Part shown: positions 19,745 through 30,133 of the stretch, in pieces
Numbering within the stretch: the first letter of the stretch is position 1
How the letters are laid out: every line of letters starts with the position of its first letter
Source of the DNA: an uncultured Pseudomonadota bacterium
GTDB taxonomy: Bacteria; Oederibacteriota; Muellerivitia; Muellerivitales; Muellerivitaceae
Direction: 5' to 3'
Assembly: GCA_963836235.1 (NCBI GenBank)
Contig: CAWIIP010000001.1
Coordinates: 256,001-320,000 of the forward strand
DNA length: 64,000 nt
Notes under the pieces: generated by a model
Databases searched by the model: none
What the model was told of the DNA's origin: nothing
Seen by the model: only the letters and a program-made list of their open reading frames with translations
Position numbers and translations under genes: made by a program

Positions 19745-21526
19745 ATGCGCGAATGGAATAAGCCGGCAAGCACCTTTTTTCTCGGTTTTGGTTTGTGGGT
19801 GGTCTGCCTTTTCGTGTACCTTTCGAAGATACCCATTAATTACACCTACGATGGAATGGTATTCGCCGCCCGGGTCGAAAAGGACCATATCCGCCTTTGG
19901 GACCTTTTCCATCCGCACCATATTCTTTATACGTTCCTGGGTCGCATGGTTTTCTTTTGGGGAAAGGCTCACGGCGCCACCTGGGACGGCCTGGTGACGC
20001 TTCAGTTTTTGGACATCGTCACTGGGCTTTTTGGCGTGGTGATTGCTTTCCATCTTTTGGTGAGAGAAACCGATAACCGGCCCATCGCAGTCTTGACGGC
20101 CTTCGGCTTGGCTTTCTCTTATAGTTACTGGTATTTTTCAACTTCGCCTGGGGTGCGAATATTCGCGTCCGTCACCCCCCTTTTCGCTTGGTATGTCCTG
20201 ACCTATCTCAAAGACCATCGACCATGGTTCGGCCTGGCCGTGGGATCAGCGCACGCGCTCGCCGTCCTGGGACACCAGACGAACCTTTATTTAGGGCCCG
20301 CTTTTTTAGCCGGCATTTGGTGCGTCCGGAATAAGAATTTTTCGGAACGGTTCAAAGCCAGTTTATATTACTTATTCGCCTTGGGCTTTTGGGTTTTAGC
20401 CGTTTACGGTTTCGTGGGAAGGTTCGCTTGCAATCGAACGACCTATGACAAATGGATTGCCTGGATATTAGCTTATTCCCATATCCCGGGCTGGCCTCGT
20501 GGAAATTTCGGCCCCAGCGGTTTTGCCATGGCGAAATTCGGGACCTTGAAGGCCTTTCTGGAAAGCGCTAATCCCTCTCAGACGATAGCTGTTTCCCTTA
20601 CCTTCGATGTTACCCAAACTCTTTTGCAATACGGCCTTATCGCCCTCCTGGCTTTTTTGATTATGCGCCTGGACCTCTTTTGGAAATATCACCGGCAGGC
20701 GCTTTGTTTTTCGGTTTTGTGGCTTTTGCCTTTTGTACCTTTTTTTATCTGGTGGGATCCCGACAATATCGAATTTTGGGTAACCACCACTCCACCTTGC
20801 TGGATTCTTATGGGGACGGTAGTAGCCGAATTATCGAATCGTTGGGAAAATCCGGTACTTTCCATCGCGAACCGAGGGATGATCTTCGCGCTTTGGGGCG
20901 GCCTGATGGGCCTTTTGTTCCTCTATAATTTCAGCGGTCTTTTGTTCCCTCACCCCGTTTCTTCCGAGCATGACCGCCGGCCCATGATGAGCGCCTTGGA
21001 TTGGAAGGTCCATGTGGACGATCTCCTGATATTGGACGGCATCAATACCCTTCCTTTTTACCTTGATCGATTCCAAAAAAGGGAATACTTGGGGCTTTAT
21101 CCATTTTTCAGGAGATATCAGATTTCGGCTCTGAGGGAAAAGGAAAGCAAGTTAAAACGCCGGAAATCGGCTATTTTCATTGAAGCCAGCCCCACACCAA
21201 CACCCGATCCATGGAAGGATTTAGCGGATCGTTTTGAGGATAAGTGGAAGCATCACCGCAAGGTTTGGGTCATGACTGAAGCCGCGGACGAAAACGACGC
21301 CTGGAGGAAAAAACTGGAAAAAATGTTGAATTTTCCTGAGGGACGAATGTCTGATTTCTTTCGCCAATATGGGCAGGAACCGGTGACTTATCGAGGAAAG
21401 GTTTATTTTTGCCAGCTTTTGGAGCCGACCCCAACCGTGGCCCCAGTGGTCGAAGTCACCCCCACGCCTGTTTCAGTCGAGAAAAAAAACAGTAAAAATA
21501 AACCGAAGCGAGCGAAGCATTCATGA
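19745..21526 (+). CDS. Polytopic GT-C-fold glycosyltransferase (ArnT/PMT/DUF2723-like)
   Basis: About 11-12 TM segments; first loop YTYD...HPHHILY; soluble C-terminal domain with KVWVM. Confidence 0.65.
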   Translation: MREWNKPASTFFLGFGLWVVCLFVYLSKIPINYTYDGMVFAARVEKDHIRLWDLFHPHHILYTFLGRMVFFWGKAHGATWDGLVTLQFLDIVTGLFGVVIAFHLLVRETDNRPIAVLTAFGLAFSYSYWYFSTSPGVRIFASVTPLFAWYVLTYLKDHRPWFGLAVGSAHALAVLGHQTNLYLGPAFLAGIWCVRNKNFSERFKASLYYLFALGFWVLAVYGFVGRFACNRTTYDKWIAWILAYSHIPGWPRGNFGPSGFAMAKFGTLKAFLESANPSQTIAVSLTFDVTQTLLQYGLIALLAFLIMRLDLFWKYHRQALCFSVLWLLPFVPFFIWWDPDNIEFWVTTTPPCWILMGTVVAELSNRWENPVLSIANRGMIFALWGGLMGLLFLYNFSGLLFPHPVSSEHDRRPMMSALDWKVHVDDLLILDGINTLPFYLDRFQKREYLGLYPFFRRYQISALREKESKLKRRKSAIFIEASPTPTPDPWKDLADRFEDKWKHHRKVWVMTEAADENDAWRKKLEKMLNFPEGRMSDFFRQYGQEPVTYRGKVYFCQLLEPTPTVAPVVEVTPTPVSVEKKNSKNKPKRAKHS

Positions 21527-24500
21527 AAAAGGTTCGATTTTGCTTCAGCAGAATATTTCCGCTTTTGCTTCTCTTCTTTCATATGAGTCAGGTTTTTGGC
21601 CAAACCCCCACCGCCGGCTTATCTTTAGTTCCGACACCCGTCGAAATGTACACCCCACAGCCCACCCCAGTTAAGCCGAGCCCGCCATTGGATAAGGCGG
21701 GTGCCCAGGTCATCCAAGACCGGCCTTGGATGAACGACCTGTATTCTTGGAATGAAAAATTCGACTTGGATCTTCAACAAGTGGTTCCCAATTTGACTGG
21801 AGCTTATTGCGTTGGCAATGGCCGTGCTTTTGGGTTGGTGGGTCTTTCCAGCCCCCTTTGGAATTGGTCCAACCTCTATGGGGCTTCCTACCAGGAGCCG
21901 ACGCTTGGCGATATGCGCATGACCGTCACCCGGGCGGGTGTGGACGCCAAGTTGAATCAACAACAAATCGGGTGGGTCAAACGTTCGGGTGTGGTGAAGG
22001 TGAAAGCCGAAGGAGCCGGGCTGATGGTGGAAAGCTACGATTTCGCGCCGGTCACGCCGTCGGACGATAACGCCTGGGATAACCCGGCGGTCCTGGTGCG
22101 TCTGGTCCATATCGTGAATGGGGGAGACCACGCCGAAACCGATTTGGATATCGCCCTAAAACTCCAACCGGCCTGGAACATTAAGTTCAAGGAAAGGGTG
22201 GCGGGCCGAGATCTTTTCATCGATCAAAAAGCGTCACGGGCTAAGAAACGGACTTTCTGGCGGATGGGAGCTTTTAACAATAAGGATGTCCGTATTTGGG
22301 ACAACAATCTTCACTATAGTGCGCCGTCCCTGGGTCCGGGTCAGGAAGTTTGGGTGTCCTTTTATCTAGCCGCGGCCGGTTCCACCCGCGAAGTCGGCGA
22401 CTTAGTTTCCGACATCCGGCATACAGGTCCCTTGGTTCTCCTGGATCAAACCCGCGACTATTACCAGAAATGGTTCGAATCCGGCACTCAGTTTACGGGG
22501 GACATGAAGGTGACCGATCTTTTCGAGGTCGAATCCACCATCTTAAAATCCGTTCAGGCCAGGACGGGAGGTTTTTCACCCTTGATTGGATATTCCTATA
22601 CCTGGATCAGGGATAACAATGGACCCATTCGCTGGTTCTTGAAAACGGGCCATCCCCAAGAAGCTAAAAAGCCGATGGATTTTTTTTACGGCGTCAGTTC
22701 CTCCATGGGCACCCTTCCCAGCAGCGTTCGGGTTGATTACACCCTGAATTTTCACCTTAAAAACCTTTCCCATTTGCAGGTAGGCCATGCGGAAACGCCG
22801 AGTTGGATCGTGCTTCAGCATTGGTGGTATTACTTGACCACGGGAGATCTCGAATATATCCGCGGGCGATGGGCTTACTTGAAGGAGTGTATCCAGGGAC
22901 AAGTTAATGAAGAAGACAAGTATTTTTTCAACCGGGATGAGACCTACCTATGGTGTTTAGAGTCACGCGTTTTTGACCACGTGCCGTTCCCGAATTACAT
23001 GTTGAATACTTATGCCTTCGCCACGGATTCCAGTTTTGACCTGGTTTCCGCCGCCGACCATCTGGCCTATATGGGCAAGTACCTGGAGATGGACAAGGAT
23101 ATTTCCACGCTAAAGACGCTGGCGCAGAGGGTGCGGGACAAGGCCGAAGAAACCTATTGGAATGAAAAAGCGGGTTACTGGGAACCGGCCCAATCCCTTT
23201 TGGGGCCGCTTTACAATGCGCCTTTCGCCAACATCCTCGTTAATCCCTATTGGTGCGGTTACGCCCGCAACGATCTGGATCCCATGGGCGAGACATCTCT
23301 GGCTTCCAAGCGCGCGGTCGAGGCCATTAAAAACGCCTATCCCTTGCTGGCCCGCGACGACGGTTTCTGGAAAACGACGCCGTCGGTCGATTATTTCGTA
23401 GGCATGAATCCGGGCCAGTTGTTGTACGCCCTTTGCCGGGCCCGGTTGCCCTGGGCCGATAAAGTTTATCCATCGGTTTTTAAAACCGCCACGCCATCCG
23501 GTGATTTCGCCGAGATGTACGATGGGGATTACCATCCTTGGAATCCACCGGCCTGGGGTATCGGCACCAGCGGAAGGTTAAGGCCCTGGGAAGCGGGCTT
23601 GAACGTGGAAAGTATTTTGGAATATTTGACGGGTTTTTCACCGGATGCGGGCGACAACCGGGTGGTTTTTTCGCCTCATCTGCCGGAGGACATGAAGGAG
23701 TTCGGCGCCCAACGTCTCTTGGTCGGCCCCCTAAAAGTTTCCATTTTTCTGAAAAGGTTGGATTCCCATAGCTGGACGGTTACCCTTCATCTGGATCGGG
23801 GGGAACAGATGGATGTCATTATCGATTTTTGGGCCAGTCACCGCTTTTTCTCCGACATTGAAACGTTGGGAACTGTGACCTGGGACAAGCCTTTGGCCGA
23901 TTCCAACGGCCACGAGGCACGTTGTAGCTTCACCTTGGAGGCGGATAAGGACTGTGTTTTTACTATTTCGGAAGGCGCCCTTCTTCCCGATGAAGAATTG
24001 AAACCACCCAAACCACAAGTATTTCATCCTGATCCATACGACATTTCTAATGCTGATTTGCTTTTGGTCACATCGCCTAACGGCATTATGAACAAGCACA
24101 AACATATTTTGCCCGAGGACATTCTTTCGGTGGGAACAAGTGAATTAAAAACCATGAATCGCATAACATCCTCGGTTAGCTTTTTGGATGTCGACCTTCC
24201 GGTAACACCGGAGGACATTGCCAATGGCCTGTTGGACGAAAAAGGCAATCCCAAAGTCAGGTTGGCTGTTTTTGGGCGGGGAGCTTTTTCCACGGGGAAA
24301 AACAACTTCAAACCTGTTTCCTACTGGACTAACTCTAAATTCGGCCAAACTGTGAAAAAATTTGTCGAGCAGGGAGGCTGCCTATTCCTTGGACCTTCCT
24401 ACCCCGATCGGGAGGTTCTGCCCGATTGGCTCGTGACGCTGACCGGTGGTGGTTGGGAAGAAGGGACCCTGCCGGACAAAGTTATCGTGGCGGATTCCAC

Positions 24501-25233
24501 CAAAATGCAGTCCAACCAGAAATTTTTGGATGAAGTGGATGTGGGCAATCAGGGGTCCGAGTCCTCCCATGCCGTTACCTTCACGGGTGAGACCTTTGAG
24601 GACGACCAAAACCTGCCGGACAGCCAGAACGAAAAGAAAATGATCCATGACGACGGCCGCGGGTTCACAGGTTATTACCAGTTCGCGGTCAAAAGTGAGC
24701 CCGGCGCTTGGCACCGCCTTTGGCTGCGGGTCAACACGGGCCATAACATTAAAGGAATGGCCCTTCAAATTCAGGTGGGAGACGAATGGAAGCAAGTGGG
24801 TATCCGAACTCAGAGCGATGGCACGACCCGGCATTTCCTCGCGCTTTATTTTGATGTCCCCGAAAAATACATCACGTCCAATCAAACGGTTCTACGGCTG
24901 ACCGCTAAAACGGGAGATGAAGTGAACGCTTATCACCTCTGGATGTTTAAGGTTGAAGGCGGCCAATACCAACCCTTGGCCCAAATCCTGGGGTTCGGTC
25001 CGAACCAGGAAGTGGGGCAGGTCAGCCATGGACTCTTGCCCAAAGGCAGTGAATGGAAGGCCCCCCTCATTCTTTCTCAGCATCCGGAACAGGGAGCGGT
25101 GATTATTGAGAAAATCGGGAAGGGCTATCTGATTCGTAGTGAGTTGGCGTTGGAGGATTCTGTTAGCCTGCTGAAATCGTTTTTGCGGTCTGATACTTTG
25201 GCGGCGATGGATGATTCTTGGGGTGGATCCTGA
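21523..25233 (+). CDS. Large secreted (alpha/alpha)6 glycoside hydrolase-like protein (GH15-like core with extra C-terminal domains)
   Basis: Signal peptide; YSYTWIRDN and FAEMYD motifs; C-terminal FVEQGGCLFL (GATase-like) and DEVDVG..SE..H beta-sandwich. Confidence 0.65.
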   Translation: MKKVRFCFSRIFPLLLLFFHMSQVFGQTPTAGLSLVPTPVEMYTPQPTPVKPSPPLDKAGAQVIQDRPWMNDLYSWNEKFDLDLQQVVPNLTGAYCVGNGRAFGLVGLSSPLWNWSNLYGASYQEPTLGDMRMTVTRAGVDAKLNQQQIGWVKRSGVVKVKAEGAGLMVESYDFAPVTPSDDNAWDNPAVLVRLVHIVNGGDHAETDLDIALKLQPAWNIKFKERVAGRDLFIDQKASRAKKRTFWRMGAFNNKDVRIWDNNLHYSAPSLGPGQEVWVSFYLAAAGSTREVGDLVSDIRHTGPLVLLDQTRDYYQKWFESGTQFTGDMKVTDLFEVESTILKSVQARTGGFSPLIGYSYTWIRDNNGPIRWFLKTGHPQEAKKPMDFFYGVSSSMGTLPSSVRVDYTLNFHLKNLSHLQVGHAETPSWIVLQHWWYYLTTGDLEYIRGRWAYLKECIQGQVNEEDKYFFNRDETYLWCLESRVFDHVPFPNYMLNTYAFATDSSFDLVSAADHLAYMGKYLEMDKDISTLKTLAQRVRDKAEETYWNEKAGYWEPAQSLLGPLYNAPFANILVNPYWCGYARNDLDPMGETSLASKRAVEAIKNAYPLLARDDGFWKTTPSVDYFVGMNPGQLLYALCRARLPWADKVYPSVFKTATPSGDFAEMYDGDYHPWNPPAWGIGTSGRLRPWEAGLNVESILEYLTGFSPDAGDNRVVFSPHLPEDMKEFGAQRLLVGPLKVSIFLKRLDSHSWTVTLHLDRGEQMDVIIDFWASHRFFSDIETLGTVTWDKPLADSNGHEARCSFTLEADKDCVFTISEGALLPDEELKPPKPQVFHPDPYDISNADLLLVTSPNGIMNKHKHILPEDILSVGTSELKTMNRITSSVSFLDVDLPVTPEDIANGLLDEKGNPKVRLAVFGRGAFSTGKNNFKPVSYWTNSKFGQTVKKFVEQGGCLFLGPSYPDREVLPDWLVTLTGGGWEEGTLPDKVIVADSTKMQSNQKFLDEVDVGNQGSESSHAVTFTGETFEDDQNLPDSQNEKKMIHDDGRGFTGYYQFAVKSEPGAWHRLWLRVNTGHNIKGMALQIQVGDEWKQVGIRTQSDGTTRHFLALYFDVPEKYITSNQTVLRLTAKTGDEVNAYHLWMFKVEGGQYQPLAQILGFGPNQEVGQVSHGLLPKGSEWKAPLILSQHPEQGAVIIEKIGKGYLIRSELALEDSVSLLKSFLRSDTLAAMDDSWGGS

Positions 25234-25331
25234 GTCGAAGGAATCACTTCACTGGATATTGGTTTCGGGATCTCGGGGATGAAAAGATCCGAGTTTTTTG
25301 GTACAGTTAACCGTTCTTTAAAGGACATTCG

Positions 25332-25973
25332 ATGCGCGCACCGGTTATTAATATCTTCAAGAAAAAGCAGACCGAAACGGTCAAGATTGCTACTGAGCAC
25401 CCGACCCGGCCTAAACCTGTATCGGCCACCCAATCAGCCGAAGTTTCTATTAGGTTCATGCCGTCTTGGTGGGTGGTTCTTCTGGCCTATCTTTTGGCGG
25501 CGGGTTTTTGTTATGGAGTCCATCGATTTTTTCTCTGGTTTCCACCTTATTTATTCGAAGTTCTAAAGCACTTAAAGGGAATTCCACAGTCTTGGGCCGA
25601 TTTAGGGCTTTTTTGGGGAGAAAGGGGCTTGACCTGGATTGCCATTGCCGCAGCGGGTTACCACAACCTCTGGCAGGTCAGTGCAAGGTATCAATTGACC
25701 TCTCATGATATTTTTATCCAAAGCTGGTTTCCTTTCCGTCGGGTTATCGCAACCCCTTACGGTTCAGTGCGCCGGGTGGGATATCAACAAAGCCTTATCG
25801 GCCTGATCTTTAATTATGGGCATGTTGAGATTGACACTGGAAGTCCTTCGGGCCCCTTGGTCCTTTTAAACTGCCCATCTCCCAAGAAATTCACCTCCAT
25901 ACTTCAATTCAAAGTAGAGTCGATCATACAGCCTCAATTGGTTTCCCACCGCCGCAGTGTCGATCCGCAATAA
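25332..25973 (+). CDS. Membrane protein with bacterial PH domain (bPH_2)
   Basis: Two TMs, then RYQLT...QQSLIGLIFNYGHVEIDTG. Confidence 0.8.
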   Translation: MRAPVINIFKKKQTETVKIATEHPTRPKPVSATQSAEVSIRFMPSWWVVLLAYLLAAGFCYGVHRFFLWFPPYLFEVLKHLKGIPQSWADLGLFWGERGLTWIAIAAAGYHNLWQVSARYQLTSHDIFIQSWFPFRRVIATPYGSVRRVGYQQSLIGLIFNYGHVEIDTGSPSGPLVLLNCPSPKKFTSILQFKVESIIQPQLVSHRRSVDPQ

Positions 25974-26000
25974 CCCAAGGTTTGACTATTGAAAAGTCCC

Positions 26001-26029
26001 TTGGAAGTGGCTTGTGAACTCCCTATAAT
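26001..26029 (+). promoter_or_regulatory. Putative sigma70 promoter of the DAHP synthase gene
   Basis: TTGGAA-N17-TATAAT. Confidence 0.5.
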
Positions 26030-26065
26030 CCCCCCTCCAAACCAACCAGAAAGCGCGGAAATGAC

Positions 26066-27178
26066 ATGGCAAAGAACAAGTCAACCAAGGGAAAAATCAC
26101 CCAAATCGGCAAAGTGGCCATTCGTGCGAGGACGCAAGACACTCATGTGGCTGGCGAAGCCGTCCTTGTTACCCCCAAAAAAGTAAAAGCCAAAATTCCG
26201 GGCAATAAAGTAGCCAGCGAGACGGTCTTGAAAGGCCGCCAGGAGTTAGAGGCCATTTTGGACCACAAGGACCGCCGTCTTTTCGTGGTGGTAGGACCCT
26301 GTTCCATTCATGATCCCCAGGCCGCTTATGAATACGCGGTCCGCCTCAAGAAATTGGCTTCCATGGTCCGCTCCACAATGGTTCTGATCATGCGCGTTTA
26401 TTTTGAAAAGCCCCGAACGACTATCGGCTGGAAGGGGCTGATCAACGATCCGGACATGAACGATTCCTTCCATATTGAAAAAGGGATTCTTTTGGCGCGC
26501 CGCCTGTTGTTGCGGTTCACGGAGATGGGTCTGCCTGCCTCCACCGAAGCTTTGGACCCCATTATCCCACAGTATTTGGCGGACTTGATCAGCTGGTCGG
26601 CCATCGGGGCTCGTACCACCGAATCCCAGACTCACCGGGAAATGGCCAGTGGACTTTCCATGCCCGTGGGTTTTAAAAACGCCACCGACGGAAGCATCCA
26701 AGTGGCCTTAAACGGCATCAAATCCGCCCGGACTTCCCATCATTTCCTGGGCATCGACCAGAATGGACAGACAGCCGTCTTCCGGACCACTGGTAATCCC
26801 TACGCCCACATCGTCCTTCGGGGGGGGACCAAGCCCAACTATGATTCCGCTTCGATCGCCGCCTGCGAAAAAGCCCTCAAGGAGGCGGACTTGCCTCAAA
26901 ATATCGTGGTGGATTGCAGCCATGGAAATTCCAACAAGGACTATAAATTACAGCCCGTGGCCTTCAACGTTGTAATTGACCAAATCGAAAAGGGAAATGA
27001 GTCCGTCGTGGGCTTTATGCTGGAAAGCAACCTGCATGAGGGCAACCAACCCCTGCAAAAGGACCGATCCAAACTGAAATACGGCGTTTCCATTACCGAT
27101 GCCTGCATTAATTGGGTCACTACCGAAGAGCTCCTCCTTTCCGCCCATCAACGCCTGAAAAAACTTTGGAACAGATAG
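26066..27178 (+). CDS. aroG: DAHP synthase, class I-alpha (AroF/G/H family)
   Basis: GPCSIHD, RVYFEKPRTTIGWKG, IGARTTESQ, DCSHGN, SITDAC. Confidence 0.93.
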   Translation: MAKNKSTKGKITQIGKVAIRARTQDTHVAGEAVLVTPKKVKAKIPGNKVASETVLKGRQELEAILDHKDRRLFVVVGPCSIHDPQAAYEYAVRLKKLASMVRSTMVLIMRVYFEKPRTTIGWKGLINDPDMNDSFHIEKGILLARRLLLRFTEMGLPASTEALDPIIPQYLADLISWSAIGARTTESQTHREMASGLSMPVGFKNATDGSIQVALNGIKSARTSHHFLGIDQNGQTAVFRTTGNPYAHIVLRGGTKPNYDSASIAACEKALKEADLPQNIVVDCSHGNSNKDYKLQPVAFNVVIDQIEKGNESVVGFMLESNLHEGNQPLQKDRSKLKYGVSITDACINWVTTEELLLSAHQRLKKLWNR

Positions 27179-27254
27179 CGTCGAGCTTAAGTTTTGATGC
27201 GGTCCGCTCAAAAATCTAAATCGAGAAGTAATATTCAATCCTGAAAGGATTGGA

Positions 27255-27875
27255 ATGGTTTCTTTTCCCAAACTTCGTTTTTTCACCACTTGGTTCATCA
27301 AGCTTTATTTTCATACCAAGGGGTTAGGCACCGAAAATATTCCGAAGGCTGGACCTTTTGTGGTGGCGGCCAACCACGCCAGTTTTTTAGATCCGTATCT
27401 TATTGGATATACCAGTATTGAAAGGGAAGTAGGCTTTATGGCCAAAGAGGAACTTTTTAAAGTTCCCCTATTCGGCTGGGTCATCACTTATTGCGGGGCT
27501 TTCCCCGTCAAACGTGGAGGCCGGGATCTTGAAGCCGTCAGAACGTTCCATGATTTTTTACATTCCGGGAAGCCCCTGGTTATTTTTGTGGAAGGTACAC
27601 GCACTTTAACCGGCGATCTTCAATCAGCCAAAAAAGGATCGGGGATGCTTCTTTACAACGCCAAGGTTCCGGTGATTCCAGCTTATATTGATGGAACCTT
27701 CGCCAGTTGGCCAAAGGGTAAACTGTTTCCTCGTCCCGGAAAAACATCCGTTACTTACGGTTCGGCCGTTCCATTGGATGATCTTTACCGTGAAAAAGCT
27801 GAAAAAAACACTTACACAAAGATCGCCAACCGGGTGATGGAAAGTATTGCCAGTCTTCGCTCTTTTAGTTGTTAA
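27255..27875 (+). CDS. plsC: 1-acyl-sn-glycerol-3-phosphate acyltransferase
   Basis: NHASFLD, FMAKEELF, FVEGTR. Confidence 0.92.
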   Translation: MVSFPKLRFFTTWFIKLYFHTKGLGTENIPKAGPFVVAANHASFLDPYLIGYTSIEREVGFMAKEELFKVPLFGWVITYCGAFPVKRGGRDLEAVRTFHDFLHSGKPLVIFVEGTRTLTGDLQSAKKGSGMLLYNAKVPVIPAYIDGTFASWPKGKLFPRPGKTSVTYGSAVPLDDLYREKAEKNTYTKIANRVMESIASLRSFSC

Positions 27876-27999
27876 AAGGTTCAATCCACCCTCTCCCCGG
27901 AAACAGTATCCAGAGCCTTTGCCCTGTTGTAGAATGGAAACTCTTAAAATCTACTTTCCTCCCCTACGGAGTTAAGAATACAAAACTATGAGGTCAACC

Positions 28000-29727
28000 A
28001 TGGCTGATTCACCCATCCCGGAAATGACAATGGAAGAGCTTTTAAACGAGGAGAAACGCGTTGCCCGGGGCCAAGTGGTCACGGGTGAAGTTGTCAAAAT
28101 CGGCGAAGACGAGCTCGTGATTGACGTGGGTTATAAGACCGAGGGTGTTATTCCTCGCTCCGAATTTCAAGCTATCACAGGAGAACTAACGGTAAAAGTA
28201 GGCGACAAAGTAGAAGTTTCAGTGGAACGCATGGCCGATTCCAATGGCCGTCTTAGGCTTTCCAAAAGGAATGTGGATAAAAGCCGAGTTTGGCAAAACC
28301 TCGAGGAAATGAACAATTCGGGAGGTCTTATCAAAGGCCGTGTTACTAAAAAGGTTAACGGCGGTTACCGAGTGGATTTGGGAGTAGTGGAAGCCTTTTT
28401 GCCCGCCAGCCAAATGACCCTTCATAAAAATCCGGAGTCAGGCGAGGAGCATCTCGAAAAGATATACGATTTTAAAATTATTAAAATAGACCGTGGCCGT
28501 TCTAACGTGGTGGTTTCCCGCCGTCCGGTATTGGAAGTTGAACGCAACGAAAATCGAAGTAAACGATTGAACGAATTGAAACCTGGTGATGTTATTGAAG
28601 GACGGGTTAAAAGCTTGGTGAGTTATGGGGCTTTCGTTGATCTGGGGGGAGTGGATGGTCTTTTGCATATAGCCGATATTGACTGGGGTAGGGTTAACAA
28701 GGTCGAAGATTTCGTGAAATCCGAAGCCCCAATTAAAGTTATGGTGCTCCAGATTGACAAGGAAAAGGGAAAAATTTCCTTGGGTATCAAGCAGATGAAA
28801 AGCGACCCCTGGACGGAGGCGGATAAACGCTATCGGGTCGGGCAGATTATCGAAGTTGAAGTCACCCATTTTGCCGATTATGGCGTGTTTCTAAAGACCA
28901 ACGATAACTTGGAAGGTTTTTGCCACGTTACCGAAATTTCTTGGTCTAAAAAATTAAAGAAGCCTGCGGAGCATTTCAAAGTGGGGGAGAAGAGACAAGC
29001 CCAGTTGATCGAACTTGATTTTGAAAAACGAAAAATCAGTTTTAGCTTTAAACGACTCGAAAAAAGTCCTTGGGAAAATGTAGCCCAACGGCATCCGATC
29101 GGCTCGAATATCCAGGCTACGGTGACAAATATCGCGGATTTCGGATTATTCATGGAAATTGAGGATGGCTTGGAAGGCCTTTTGCACCAATCCGATATCA
29201 CGTGGGACAAACGCACTAAAGCGCCTCAAAAGGAATTTAAGGTCGGGCAGACCCTTACCGTCAAAATGTTGGCAATTGATCTTGAAAAAAAACGTATTTC
29301 CCTTGGGCTGAAACAAGTGGAAGGTGATCCATGGGACAAGATCGAGGAAAAATGCAAACCGGGGCAAGTGATGACCGGCAAAGTCCAGCGTTTGGCCGAG
29401 TTCGGAGCTTTCATCGAATTGGAGAGAAACGTAGAAGGCTTGGTTCACAAAACAGAGATCGCTTCGCCGGCACCTAAAAAGGTCGAAGATGCTTTAAAGC
29501 CAGGGGATATGGTGACTATGAAAGTGCTTTCTATCGATTCCGGAAAGCGCCGCATTGCTTTGAGTATCAAGGCCTTAAACCAGAAATTGGATCAGAACAA
29601 AGAAGACGAGGCCGGCGAAGAGAACAATGTTCATCGCAAAACGAACGCCTTCCAAAAAATGCTGAAAAAATTTCTCAAAAAAACTAAGACGCCGGACGAA
29701 GAGGGCGAAGAAGAGAGCGCTTTTTAA
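28000..29727 (+). CDS. rpsA: 30S ribosomal protein S1
   Basis: Six S1 repeats (YGAFVDLGGVDGLLH etc.); SD GAGGT before ATG 28000. Confidence 0.96.
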   Translation: MADSPIPEMTMEELLNEEKRVARGQVVTGEVVKIGEDELVIDVGYKTEGVIPRSEFQAITGELTVKVGDKVEVSVERMADSNGRLRLSKRNVDKSRVWQNLEEMNNSGGLIKGRVTKKVNGGYRVDLGVVEAFLPASQMTLHKNPESGEEHLEKIYDFKIIKIDRGRSNVVVSRRPVLEVERNENRSKRLNELKPGDVIEGRVKSLVSYGAFVDLGGVDGLLHIADIDWGRVNKVEDFVKSEAPIKVMVLQIDKEKGKISLGIKQMKSDPWTEADKRYRVGQIIEVEVTHFADYGVFLKTNDNLEGFCHVTEISWSKKLKKPAEHFKVGEKRQAQLIELDFEKRKISFSFKRLEKSPWENVAQRHPIGSNIQATVTNIADFGLFMEIEDGLEGLLHQSDITWDKRTKAPQKEFKVGQTLTVKMLAIDLEKKRISLGLKQVEGDPWDKIEEKCKPGQVMTGKVQRLAEFGAFIELERNVEGLVHKTEIASPAPKKVEDALKPGDMVTMKVLSIDSGKRRIALSIKALNQKLDQNKEDEAGEENNVHRKTNAFQKMLKKFLKKTKTPDEEGEEESAF

Positions 29728-29764
29728 TTAAAAGCGTCTTTTGCGATTTACATTTATGAATCCC

Positions 29765-29795
29765 AAAGCCCTTCGTCACACTGAAGGGCTTTTTT
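29765..29795 (+). terminator. Rho-independent terminator after rpsA
   Basis: AAAGCCCTTC-N8-GAAGGGCTTT followed by a T run. Confidence 0.85.
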
Positions 29796-30133
29796 ATGTT
29801 TGGCTCGTTTTAATAATGTAGCAATTTAGCTTTATTGTTTCGATTGGCCGCAAGTATAAAGTCCATTGGTAAATCGGTTGTTTAAAACGTCTTGTCGGGA
29901 GTTAAAACCGTCTTTTGATTAAAAGGCGGTCTTGCGGCTCCTTTCCATCTCTTATAGACTCAATTTGAACTGAAATCCCTGTTTATGGAATCCATTTTAA
30001 AATGACTAGAACCTGTTTTGAAAACGCATTTCCAAATCGCAGGGATAAATCTAAACCTCAGAACTCTCTTAAAAAAACCAAGGAATCAAAAGTCCCGTTT
30101 CTTGGTCACTATGGAATTTTGGGTTTTGCAATA

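Noticed and set aside
29728-29934. Short repeats as a CRISPR array
   Set aside because: Repeats are too short and degenerate, spacing is irregular, and there are no cas genes.
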